Shown here piece after piece: positions 39,928 to 48,181 of a DNA stretch of 64,000 nucleotides. Every line of letters begins with the position of its first letter. The stretch's first letter is position 1. The position numbers and the translations under genes are program-made. Source of the stretch: an uncultured Thermoleophilia bacterium (GTDB taxonomy: Bacteria; Actinomycetota; Thermoleophilia; UBA2241); contig CAVQSP010000013.1 in NCBI GenBank assembly GCA_963715985.1, positions 512,001-576,000 on the forward strand, given 5' to 3'. The notes under the pieces are model-generated. The model saw only the letters and a program-made list of their open reading frames with translations, did no database searches and was not told the DNA's origin.

Positions 39928-41008
39928 GTGGCTCAGCCGACGCTCCTCATCGACGACCTCTGCGACAGGGCGCTGTCCGGAGAGAAGCTGGGGGTGCGCG
40001 AGCTGGAGGCGCTGCTCGCGGCCGACGAAGCCGGAGCGGAGACTGTCTTCGCGGCGGCGCGCGACGCCCGGCGCCGCGTCTTCGGGAGCACCGTGTTCCT
40101 CTATGGGTTCGTCTACTTCTCCACCTACTGCCGCAACGAGTGCGCGTTCTGCTTCTACCGCGCCGACAACACGGAGAGTCCGCGGTACCGCAAGACCCTG
40201 GACGAGGTCGTGGCCATCTGCCACGACCTGGCCGGGTCCGGTGTCGTGCTCCTTGACCTCACGATGGGAGAGGACCCCGTCATCCACGACGACCCGGGCT
40301 TTCGCGGGCTGCTGGAACTCGTGTCCTCCGTCCTGGAGGGCAGCGGCCTGCCCGTGATGGTGTCGCCGGGCGTGGTGCCGGGCCCCGTGCTCGCCGACCT
40401 CGCGGCGTGCGGGGCCGACTGGTACGCCCTGTATCAGGAGACCCACACTGCGGAGCTGTACGGGCGCCTGCGCGTCGGACAGCCGTACGCGGCGCGCGCC
40501 GAGGCGCGCAGCGCGGCCCGGCGCGCCGGCCTGCTCGTGGAGGACGGCCTGCTCACCGGCATCGGCGACACGGCCGCAGACCGCGCCCATTCGGTGGCCG
40601 TGATGCGCGAGGCCGCGTGGGAGCAGGTGCGCGTCATGACCTTCGTGCCCCAGGCGGGCACCCCGCTTGCAAGACACCACGCCGGCCGGCGACAACGCCG
40701 AGCTGCTCACGATCGCGGCCATGCGCCTGGCCATGCCGGAGGCGCTCATCCCCGCCTCGCTTGACGTGGACGGCATCGCCGGTCTGGAGCGCCGTCTGAA
40801 CGCCGGTGCCAATGTGGTGACGTCCATCGTCCCGCCCACCGTGGGCCTGGCCGGGGTGTCGCAGAGCGAACTGGACATCGAGGAGGGCCACCGTACCGTC
40901 GAGGGCGTGTTGCCCCACCTCGAGCGGCTCGGGATGCGCGCCGGCTCGGTGGACGAGTACCGCGCCTGGCTGACGGAGGCTCACACCCGCGCTCTGGGGC
41001 ACGCGTGA
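39928..41008 (+). CDS. pylB: 3-methylornithine synthase PylB (radical SAM), frameshifted near 40667
   Basis: YGFVYFSTYCRNECAFCFYR, LDLTMGEDP, WYALYQETH, QVRVMTFVPQAGTP; then IPASLDVDG...RLNAGANVVTSIVPP in the 40667 frame. Confidence 0.92.
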
Positions 41009-42252
41009 GGCTCCTCGTCGTCGGCGGCAAGCTGCAGGGTACGGAGGCCGCCTATCTGGGCGCCAAAGCGGGCTGGGAGGTCGTCCTCGTGGACCGCCGC
41101 GAGGCTCCCCCTGCGGCCGGCCTCGCCGCCCGTCACATCGTCGCGGACATCACCGCCGACGAGGACCGTGCACGCACGCTGGTGGCCTCCTGCGACGCGG
41201 TGCTGCCCGCCTGCGAGGATCTGGCCACGCTGGAGTGGCTGGCGGCCCGCGTGGAGGGCTGGGGCGTGCCGCTGCTGTTCGACCTCGCGGCCTACCGCGT
41301 CACGCAGTCAAAGGCGGCCTCGAGGGACCTTTTCGAGAGGCTCGGCGTGCCACGCCCCGCGTCGTGGCCGCACTGCGGATTCCCCGCCGTCGTCAAACCG
41401 GACGTGGCCAGCGGCAGCGATGGCGTCGCCGTGGTCGGCGATGAGGTGGAGCTCGAACAGGCCACGGCGGCGCTGCGCGCGGCCGGGCACGAGCCTCTGG
41501 TAGAGGAGTACGTCGCCGGGCCGTCTCTCTGGTACGAGGTCCTCGCCGCCGGCGGACGCTCAAGGGCGCTCCAGGTCACAGGCCTCGAGTTCGACGCCGT
41601 CTACGACTGTAAGCGCGTCGTGGCGCCGGTGGGCGAGGTGGGCGTCGGCGAAGAGCCGGCGCCGGTGGGCGCCGACGGCGGCACGGACTGGGAGCGCAGC
41701 GTGCCCGCCGGCACGCTGGCGGCGTTCGCCGGCGTCTCCGCCCGTCTCGCCGAGGGACTCGGCCTGTGCGGCCTCATGGACGTGGAGGTCATGGTGCGCG
41801 CCGGCGGGCCGCTCGTGCTCGAGATCGACGCCCGGCTGCCCAGCCAGACGCCTACCGCGGTGTACTGGTCCAGCGGTGTCAACATCCTGGAACTGCTGCA
41901 CGAGACGGTCGTGGCCGGCGCGCCCCCGGCGGTCGAGCCGGCCCCGCGCTACGCCTGCGTCTACCAGCACGTGAACGTGCGCGGGGGTTTGGCCGAGGTC
42001 GTGGGCGAGCATGTGATGGGAAGCGCGGCGCCGTTGCGCCTCGTGGAAGGGCTCTTCGGCGCGCACGAGGTGCTCACAGACTACCGCCCGGGCGCGGCCG
42101 AGTGGTGTGCGACGCTCATCACTACGGCGGACACCGCCTCCGGCGCCCGGGAGGCGGCCGACCAGGCGGTCCGGGACCTCGTCTCGCACGAGGGCCTTGA
42201 GCTCGTCCCGGAGAACGGCGCCGGGCGTGTCGACGAAGAGGTGTACAAGTGA
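41005..42252 (+). CDS. pylC: 3-methylornithine--L-lysine ligase PylC (ATP-grasp)
   Basis: VVGGKLQGTEAAYL, KPDVASGSDGV, YDCKRV, MDVEVM, LEIDARLPSQTPTAVYWSSG; GTGA overlap with pylB. Confidence 0.93.
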   Translation: MRLLVVGGKLQGTEAAYLGAKAGWEVVLVDRREAPPAAGLAARHIVADITADEDRARTLVASCDAVLPACEDLATLEWLAARVEGWGVPLLFDLAAYRVTQSKAASRDLFERLGVPRPASWPHCGFPAVVKPDVASGSDGVAVVGDEVELEQATAALRAAGHEPLVEEYVAGPSLWYEVLAAGGRSRALQVTGLEFDAVYDCKRVVAPVGEVGVGEEPAPVGADGGTDWERSVPAGTLAAFAGVSARLAEGLGLCGLMDVEVMVRAGGPLVLEIDARLPSQTPTAVYWSSGVNILELLHETVVAGAPPAVEPAPRYACVYQHVNVRGGLAEVVGEHVMGSAAPLRLVEGLFGAHEVLTDYRPGAAEWCATLITTADTASGAREAADQAVRDLVSHEGLELVPENGAGRVDEEVYK

Positions 42253-43055
42253 CGAGACTCACCGAACAGGACGTGCGCTCACTCACCGAGCGGCTCGCCG
42301 CCTTCGAGGACGGGCTGCGCGAAGTCGCGGGCATCGGCTTGCGCGAGCTCGCCATGGCCACGGTCGCGGACCCCCCGGTGTGCGTACCCCTCCACGGCAC
42401 GCGGATCGCGGCGGTGCCCATCACCTCGGGCCAGGGAGTGATCTCCGGGTTCACGGATTGCGTGGCCACGATACTGCGCCACATCGACTGTGACGCCTGG
42501 GTCACACAGCAGCCGGACGTGCGTGGCATCCAGGAGGCCATGACCAGCCGCGCCGAGGTCATCTTCCTCGCCGACGACTATCGCTTCGTGGCGCTCGACG
42601 TGCGCAAAGGCCGCTGCATCGACGACGATCCCGCTACGGCCGACGGCTACGTGACGGCGCTCGAGGCTGCGGCCGGCGGCTTGTTCGGCCGCAGGGTGCT
42701 GCTCCTCGGCCTGGGGCCTGTGGGCAGGGCCGCTGCGCGCCGCCTGGTGCGGTGCGGGGCGAAGGTCGAGGTCGTGGAGCCCGACGAGGCGCGATTGCAG
42801 GCCGCGCTGGACATCGGGCTCCGCATCAGGCCGGTCACGCTCGAGGAAGGCCTCTCCCGCTGCGACCTGATCTTCGATGCCACGCCGGCGCCGGACTTCA
42901 TCGACGCCGGCGACATCTCGGAGGCCACCATCGCCGCAGTGCCGGGCATCCCCTCGGCGTTCACACCCGCGGCGCAGGCGGCCCTCGGCGTGCGCCACAT
43001 CCACGAGCCGCTTGCCGTGGGCGTGGCCGTGATGGCCGCTCGCGCGCTCGTCTAG
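42249..43055 (+). CDS. pylD: Pyrrolysine synthase / dehydrogenase PylD
   Basis: MTRLT, VPITSGQGVISGF, FLADDYRF, GLGPVG, IHEPLAVGVAVM; ends in TAG. Confidence 0.92.
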   Translation: MTRLTEQDVRSLTERLAAFEDGLREVAGIGLRELAMATVADPPVCVPLHGTRIAAVPITSGQGVISGFTDCVATILRHIDCDAWVTQQPDVRGIQEAMTSRAEVIFLADDYRFVALDVRKGRCIDDDPATADGYVTALEAAAGGLFGRRVLLLGLGPVGRAAARRLVRCGAKVEVVEPDEARLQAALDIGLRIRPVTLEEGLSRCDLIFDATPAPDFIDAGDISEATIAAVPGIPSAFTPAAQAALGVRHIHEPLAVGVAVMAARALV

Positions 43056-43106
43056 GCGCGCCGGCGGCGAGACCGTCCTGCGCTCGCCGGACGCTTCGGC
43101 GACTCG

Positions 43107-43115
43107 TAGTACAAT
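43107..43115 (+). promoter_or_regulatory. Putative -10 box for pylT
   Basis: TACAAT at 43110-43115, 10 nt before the tRNA 5' end. Confidence 0.5.
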
Positions 43116-43125
43116 GGTCGCGCGC

Positions 43126-43198
43126 GGGGGGTCGATCGTAAGGATCAGCGCGGACTCTAAATCCACGTAGGCGGGTGTGACTCCCGCACTCCCCGCCA
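43126..43198 (+). tRNA. pylT: tRNA-Pyl (anticodon CUA)
   Basis: GGGGGGT/ACTCCCC acceptor stem, discriminator G and encoded CCA; GATC-GTAAG-GATC short D arm; long anticodon stem with CT-CTA-AA loop (CTA at 43157-43159); short variable loop; GCGGG-TGTGACT-CCCGC T arm lacking TTC. Closely resembles Desulfitobacterium tRNA-Pyl. Confidence 0.95.
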
Positions 43199-43245
43199 CT
43201 CTCTCTTCTTCCCGGCCCAGCCTGACGGCACCGGCGTGCCGCGTC

Positions 43246-44175
43246 TCAGGGCACGAACGTGACCGGGATGCGCACCTCGTCCTGGCGCGAGCCGTCCTCC
43301 ATCGACTGGTCGTAGACGATGAGGGTACCCGCCCCCGCGGACGTGCTGAAGGGGATCACCTTGCGGAAGTCGCCGCGCTCCGGGCCGCCGGCCGAGGCCT
43401 GCACCGGGACGTTGACGATGCGGCGGCCGCTGTCGTCGATGAGGCGAGTCATGAAGGCGCCCTCGAACACCAGGGCCGTCCCCGAGAGGACGAACGGGTT
43501 CGTGAGGACGGCGCCGACGCCGGGGCGCTCGACGAAGATGGCCGGCTCGAAGTCCGACCACTCGGCGCGCGTCTGCCCCGGATCGACGAGGAGGCCCTCG
43601 CCGCCGAGCGAGGCCAGCGGCTCGCCGTCCATGCGCAGGTCCACGGACTTCACCGAGTCGAACTGGGTGACCGTGTAGACGACCTGCGCCACGCGCGCCT
43701 GCATGGAGAGCGAACCGCCGCCCGAGGCGAACTCCCCCGACAGGTCCACGGTGGCGACGCCGTCCTTGACGGACACGCCGAGCAATCGCGTGCCGGGCGG
43801 GACGGCGCTGGAGAGGCCGGCGGCCTGCTCCGAGGTCGCCGGCCCGTCGCACAGCGCCGTCAGTGCAGCGGCGGCCACGGCTTGGGTGCGTGGCACCTGC
43901 CGCTCGGCCACGCCGAGCTTCTCGCCACGCAGGAAGTACGGACGAACGGTGGTCGTCGCGGCGGCGGGCGACGACGACGGCGCCTCCGACTCCTGTGGCG
44001 AGGCCGGCGTCGTGGTCCCGCTCGCGGCGCCGGTCGGAGTGGCGCCGCCCGTCGCGCCGCCGGCTGTGCCGCCGCAGGCGGCCGCCCCGGCGGCGCCGGC
44101 CAGTGCGAGGATGAGCGCGAGTGCGAGGAGTGTGGGCCGCAGGCGCGCAGTGCGCGGGCGCGGGATGTGGATCAT
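43246..44175 (-). CDS. Lipoprotein with GerMN and Gmad2 Ig-like domains
   Basis: Signal peptide with AAAC lipobox, T/S/P-rich linker, VDLSGEF..GGGS...AQVVYTVTQF, SGTALVFEG. Confidence 0.8.
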   Translation of the reverse strand: MIHIPRPRTARLRPTLLALALILALAGAAGAAACGGTAGGATGGATPTGAASGTTTPASPQESEAPSSSPAAATTTVRPYFLRGEKLGVAERQVPRTQAVAAAALTALCDGPATSEQAAGLSSAVPPGTRLLGVSVKDGVATVDLSGEFASGGGSLSMQARVAQVVYTVTQFDSVKSVDLRMDGEPLASLGGEGLLVDPGQTRAEWSDFEPAIFVERPGVGAVLTNPFVLSGTALVFEGAFMTRLIDDSGRRIVNVPVQASAGGPERGDFRKVIPFSTSAGAGTLIVYDQSMEDGSRQDEVRIPVTFVP

Positions 44176-44261
44176 GGGCGGCCTCGTCTCGGCGATCGCA
44201 GGGGATTCACTTTCGCCGCCACGGGGGCCGCCTCCTGCCGGGGGTGGTAGACTGCAGCCCC

Positions 44262-44588
44262 ATGCCGACCGACCCCAACAAGGCGCGGTACTACCGCAAG
44301 CAGATCCCGCTCTTCCGGCTGCTGGAGAAGATCAAGCTGTGGCCCTCGCGCCGCGGCATCCTGCACGGCATCCGCGAGTTCGAGCCACGCGGCTCCTACG
44401 CCATCGTCGTCACGCACTGCGGCAAGCAGATGGTGGTGCACGACTCCAAGACCAGCCGCGCCGCCCGCTGGCTGCGCAACAAGTGGTACGCGGAGGCCTG
44501 CCCGAAGTGCCGCATCCCCGAGTGGAAGCTCCAGAAGTACGCCTCGACGCACTTCAATCGCGGGTACGGCTCTCACCTGCACGAATGA
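44262..44588 (+). CDS. pylSn: Pyrrolysyl-tRNA synthetase N-terminal subunit PylSn
   Basis: LLEKIKLWPSRRGILHGIR, THCG, SKTSRAARWLRNKW, CPKCRIPEWKL. Confidence 0.93.
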   Translation: MPTDPNKARYYRKQIPLFRLLEKIKLWPSRRGILHGIREFEPRGSYAIVVTHCGKQMVVHDSKTSRAARWLRNKWYAEACPKCRIPEWKLQKYASTHFNRGYGSHLHE

Positions 44589-44600
44589 CCCGGCCGTGCG

Positions 44601-45239
44601 TCAGGGCGTCACGCCCTCGGCTGCGGGCGGGTCGTAGCTGATGCGCCCGCTGGCGAGGTCCAGGAACCGCCAGCCGCGGATCCCTGAGACCTTCCAGGCG
44701 CCATCCACCGGTGCCAGCGTGTACTCCATGATCACCGCCGTCGGTGAGGCCCTCGTGTGCATGTCCTCCGGCCCGCGCCGGGCGCTCCACCGGCACGAGG
44801 TGATGAAGTGCTCCACCGCGGCGCGCAGCACCACACGCCCGTCGGGGAAGCGGCCCAGGAAGTCGTAGTACACCACGCGTCCCCGGGCCGAGATGGGGAT
44901 CCGTCCGCCGGCCGTGCGCCGGCTGTCCAGCAAGCCTTGCGGCCGGTCTGTTTCCAGCCAGCGCTCCAGCACCCCGCCGGTCGCGTACCTTGCCATCTGG
45001 GCGTCCGCCATCGCCTGGAGCGCGTCCCTCTCCGCCGCCGAGAACGTGCTCAGGCCGCGGTACGCCACCGGCCACAGCGGGACCGGCGCGAGTTCGTAGC
45101 CGACGACGGTCGCCGTCATGGCCACCCTGTTGTGGCCCGAGGGGGGCGCGAGCGTCCACGCCTCGAGTGCCCAGAGGCCTGCGGCGGCGACGATGAGGAC
45201 GGTGAGGACGAGGCGCGCGTGCGGGAGCCTGCCGCGCAC
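44601..45239 (-). CDS. Hypothetical protein with N-terminal membrane anchor
   Basis: LVLTVLIVAAAGLW anchor and a C-terminal YTLAPVDGAWKV (NTF2/Tim44-like ending); starts just after the radical SAM stop. Confidence 0.5.
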   Translation of the reverse strand: MRGRLPHARLVLTVLIVAAAGLWALEAWTLAPPSGHNRVAMTATVVGYELAPVPLWPVAYRGLSTFSAAERDALQAMADAQMARYATGGVLERWLETDRPQGLLDSRRTAGGRIPISARGRVVYYDFLGRFPDGRVVLRAAVEHFITSCRWSARRGPEDMHTRASPTAVIMEYTLAPVDGAWKVSGIRGWRFLDLASGRISYDPPAAEGVTP

Positions 45240-45241
45240 GG

Positions 45242-46120
45242 TCAGAGCAGCCGCCAGCTCTCCGGGCGCAGCCGCACAGACTCCGGTGCCAGCAGGACCT
45301 TGTCCAGGGAGGCGAGTATGGCGGCCTTGTCCCGCGGCAGGCGGCCGCCCACGGGCAGGTAGTTGGAGGCGTGGTTGCTGCGGAAGAGGCAGTCCGACAC
45401 GTCGAGGTCGGCGACGATCTCGCGCAGCTCGCGCAGCATCCCCAGGGAGTCGGGGAGCACGAGCTCTCCGCTCGCGACCCTCCGCTCCATGGCGGTGCCG
45501 GGCGTGAGCATGAGCGTGAGCACGCCGATGTACTGGGGGTCGATGGCGGACAGAGCCCGGCCCGTGGCTGCGCCGTGTTCCAGCGACCGCTCCGCCCCGG
45601 CCAGCCCGAGGATGGCGGTCACCGAAAGGGCGATGCCGGCCTCCGTGGCGCGCCGGCAGCCGTCGATCTGCTCCGCCACCGTCATGCCCTTGTGGACGTC
45701 GGCCAGGGTCTGGTCGTCGCCGGACTCCAGGCCCAGGTAGAGAAGCGCCAGGCCGTGTTCGCGGAGCGACGCCAGATCCTCCACGCTCTTGGCCAGCAGG
45801 TTGCGCGCGTTGGCGTAGCTGCTCACGCGCTCCAGATTGGGGAGCGCACGGTGGAGCAGTTGGAGGATGTCGTGGAGCTTGCGCGGACTCAGGGCGAGCG
45901 CGTCGCCGTCCGCCAGAAAGACGCGGTCCACGCGGGTGCGCACGGTGGACGGCAGGTTGAGGACGTCGTCCACCACCTCGTCGAAGGGCCGCACCGCGAA
46001 CGGCTTGTCGAGGTAAGTGCCGCAGAAGTCGCAGGTGTTGTTGGAGCACCCGTACGTCACCTGGACGATCAGGCTGGAGGCTTCGCTCGGGGGGCGGATG
46101 ACGGCACCGTGGTATCTCAC
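45242..46120 (-). CDS. Radical SAM protein of unknown function
   Basis: IRPPSEASS..QVTYGCSNNTCDFC (CxxxCxxC), FLADGDAL, YLGLESG, FRSNHASNY. Confidence 0.88.
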   Translation of the reverse strand: MRYHGAVIRPPSEASSLIVQVTYGCSNNTCDFCGTYLDKPFAVRPFDEVVDDVLNLPSTVRTRVDRVFLADGDALALSPRKLHDILQLLHRALPNLERVSSYANARNLLAKSVEDLASLREHGLALLYLGLESGDDQTLADVHKGMTVAEQIDGCRRATEAGIALSVTAILGLAGAERSLEHGAATGRALSAIDPQYIGVLTLMLTPGTAMERRVASGELVLPDSLGMLRELREIVADLDVSDCLFRSNHASNYLPVGGRLPRDKAAILASLDKVLLAPESVRLRPESWRLL

Positions 46121-46312
46121 GCCCCTGATGCTAGCACGGGTGCCCGTGGTCGCGCGGCCTTGTGCGCCGGGACACATGGTGGGCTCCGAGCGCGGCTGAT
46201 ATACTCCGGCGGTCGCAGGAAGGGGGAGCGACACGCCGTCTCCAGCCTTCCTCGAACCGCCACACCTCGCAGTGCGGTGTAGCCGTTGGAGACATTGGGA
46301 GGAGCCCCACGC

Positions 46313-46946
46313 ATGGCCACCATCTACGAAGAAGCAGCCCAGACCATCATCGACGCCGACCGCGCCGGGGCCGAAGCGGTCGCAGCTCGCGCCCTCGCCG
46401 AGGGCATCAGCCCCGCCGACATCATGCAGAACGGCTTCGTCATGGGCATCCAGGAGGTCGGCGAGCTCTTCGAGAGCGGCGAGGTCTTCCTCCCCGAGCT
46501 GATGATGAGCGCCGACGCCATGGCCGGCGCCACCGAGGTCACCAACGCCGCCCTCGAGGGCGAGGCCGCCGAGGCCAAGGGCGTGATCGTCATCGGCACC
46601 GTGCAGGGCGACGTGCACGACATCGGCAAGGCGATCGTGATCGCCTACCTGAAGGCCAACGGCTACGAGGTCCACGACCTCGGGCGCGACGTGCCCGCCG
46701 AGGCCTTCCTCACCCGTGCCGCCGAGACCGGCGCCGACGTGATCGGCATGAGCGCCCTGCTCACGACGACGATGGAGGAGCAGAAGAAGGTCATCAAGCG
46801 CGTGCAGCGAGGAGGGCCTGCCCTACAAGTGCGTCGTCGGCGGCGCCCCCGCCACGCAGCGCTGGGCCGACCAGATCGGCGCCGACGCCTACGCCGAGGA
46901 CGCCAACGACGGGGTCAAGAAGATCAACGAGCTGCTGGGGAAGTAA
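46313..46946 (+). CDS. Methyltransferase cognate corrinoid protein (MttC/MtbC/MtmC-like), frameshifted near 46805
   Basis: GELFESGEVFLPELM cap domain, GTVQGDVHDIGK (DxHxxG), DLGRDVP, SALLTTTM; then VGGAPATQRWADQIGADAYAED in another frame, TAA at 46946. Confidence 0.9.
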
Positions 46947-46971
46947 GAGCCCGGACAGCTGAGTGCGCCGT

Positions 46972-47003
46972 CGAGGGGGCGGGCCGTGAGGCCCGCCCCC
47001 TCG
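46972..47003 (+). terminator. Hairpin after the corrinoid gene
   Basis: cgagggggcgggcc-gtga-ggcccgccccctcg. Confidence 0.6.
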
Positions 47004-47160
47004 CGCGTACGCCACTCGTGCGCTGCACCCTCGGCGTCTGAACGAGTGGGCCGACCGGTCCGACTGCTACCGCGACAGCCCGACGCATGCGCGGGGCGCC
47101 GACCTCGACCAGGTCGTGGCCTGGTGCGAGCCCGGACCCGGTGTGGCGGCGCTGGACTGC

Positions 47161-47340
47161 GTCAGATGCTGAGCGGCGCCCCTGCGGCGCAGCGCTCGAC
47201 ATCCCCGCTTGCGCCGTGCGACCGGCCCATGGGGCCGGCCTCATTGCGCTGCGTCAGATGAAGAGCGGTGACCCTGCGGCGCACCGCTCGACATCTCCCC
47301 TCGCCGCGGCTTCGCTGCGGCTCGTCAGATGTTGAGCCGC
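47161..47340. repeat. REP-like palindromic repeats downstream of pylSc
   Basis: gtcagatg..gagcgg...cctgcggcgca.cgctcgacatc at 47161 and 47253; a third gtcagatg..gagc at 47324 is the pylSc stop region. Confidence 0.75.
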
Positions 47341-48155
47341 ACGCCGTTCACGTACGTGAGGCTGCGGCCGGCGCGCTCGATGTTGGGGTAGCCCTCGCGC
47401 ACCATGATCAGCCGTTCGAGGCCGAACCCGAGGCCCACCCACGGCTCCATGATGCCCCAGTTGCCGTCCAGCGGGTGAGGGCCCATCCCGGCCGAGCACA
47501 CCTCCGTGCCGCCGACCTCGACATCCACCATCTGGCCGTACACCTCGGACTCGGTGCGCACGAGCTCGTACTCGCTCACCCCGGCGGCCTGCATCACCAG
47601 CGCCGCGAGCTCGTTCATGCGCTCGCGGCAGGTGCCTGCCGGCGTGCCGAGCTCTACGAGGTTGAGCATCGTGAACTCGTTGAGGTGGCTGGCGCCCTTG
47701 CTGTCGCGGCGGAAGCAGGTGCCGATCTCGAAGATGCCGAAGGGGCGGCCCCACATGCGGCCCAGACGGCGCATCACGGTGTACAGGTTGGGTGCCAGCA
47801 TGGGCCGCAGGCAGCGCCCGTCCTCGAGCCAGAACACCTGCTCGCGCAGCGGGTGCCCGTGCTCGATACCCATCTTGACGAGCGAGTCGGCGGCGATGAT
47901 GAGCGGCGTCACCACGGGGACGAACCCGGCCCCGCAGAGGGCGGTGCGCAGCGCCGTCTCAAGCTCGATCAGCTCCGGCGCCCGGCCGCCGTCGCGAAGC
48001 TCCTGCAGGCGTCGCCGGCCGTCGCGGACCAGTTCGTCCTCGGCGGCGCGAAACGCGGCGTCGCGCGCCGCCGCGTCGGCGAAGGTCGCCGCGGTCAGCC
48101 CGGCGCCCCCGCCGAGCTCGCGCAGGCGCTGCAGTTGCGTGGCGGTGAGGTTCAC
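47325..48155 (-). CDS. pylSc: Pyrrolysyl-tRNA synthetase catalytic subunit PylSc
   Basis: CLRPMLAPNLY, FEIGTCFRRDSKGASHLNEFTMLNLVE, GLGFGLERL, GRSLTYVNG; AAAGGAGA RBS before GTG 48155. Confidence 0.95.
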   Translation of the reverse strand: MNLTATQLQRLRELGGGAGLTAATFADAAARDAAFRAAEDELVRDGRRRLQELRDGGRAPELIELETALRTALCGAGFVPVVTPLIIAADSLVKMGIEHGHPLREQVFWLEDGRCLRPMLAPNLYTVMRRLGRMWGRPFGIFEIGTCFRRDSKGASHLNEFTMLNLVELGTPAGTCRERMNELAALVMQAAGVSEYELVRTESEVYGQMVDVEVGGTEVCSAGMGPHPLDGNWGIMEPWVGLGFGLERLIMVREGYPNIERAGRSLTYVNGVRLNI

Positions 48156-48181
48156 GCTGTCTCCTTTGTCCGGCGCCGGCG

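Noticed and set aside
43199-44261. GerMN gene as an element integrated at the tRNA-Pyl 3' end
   Set aside because: No duplicated tRNA 3' end and no integrase found.
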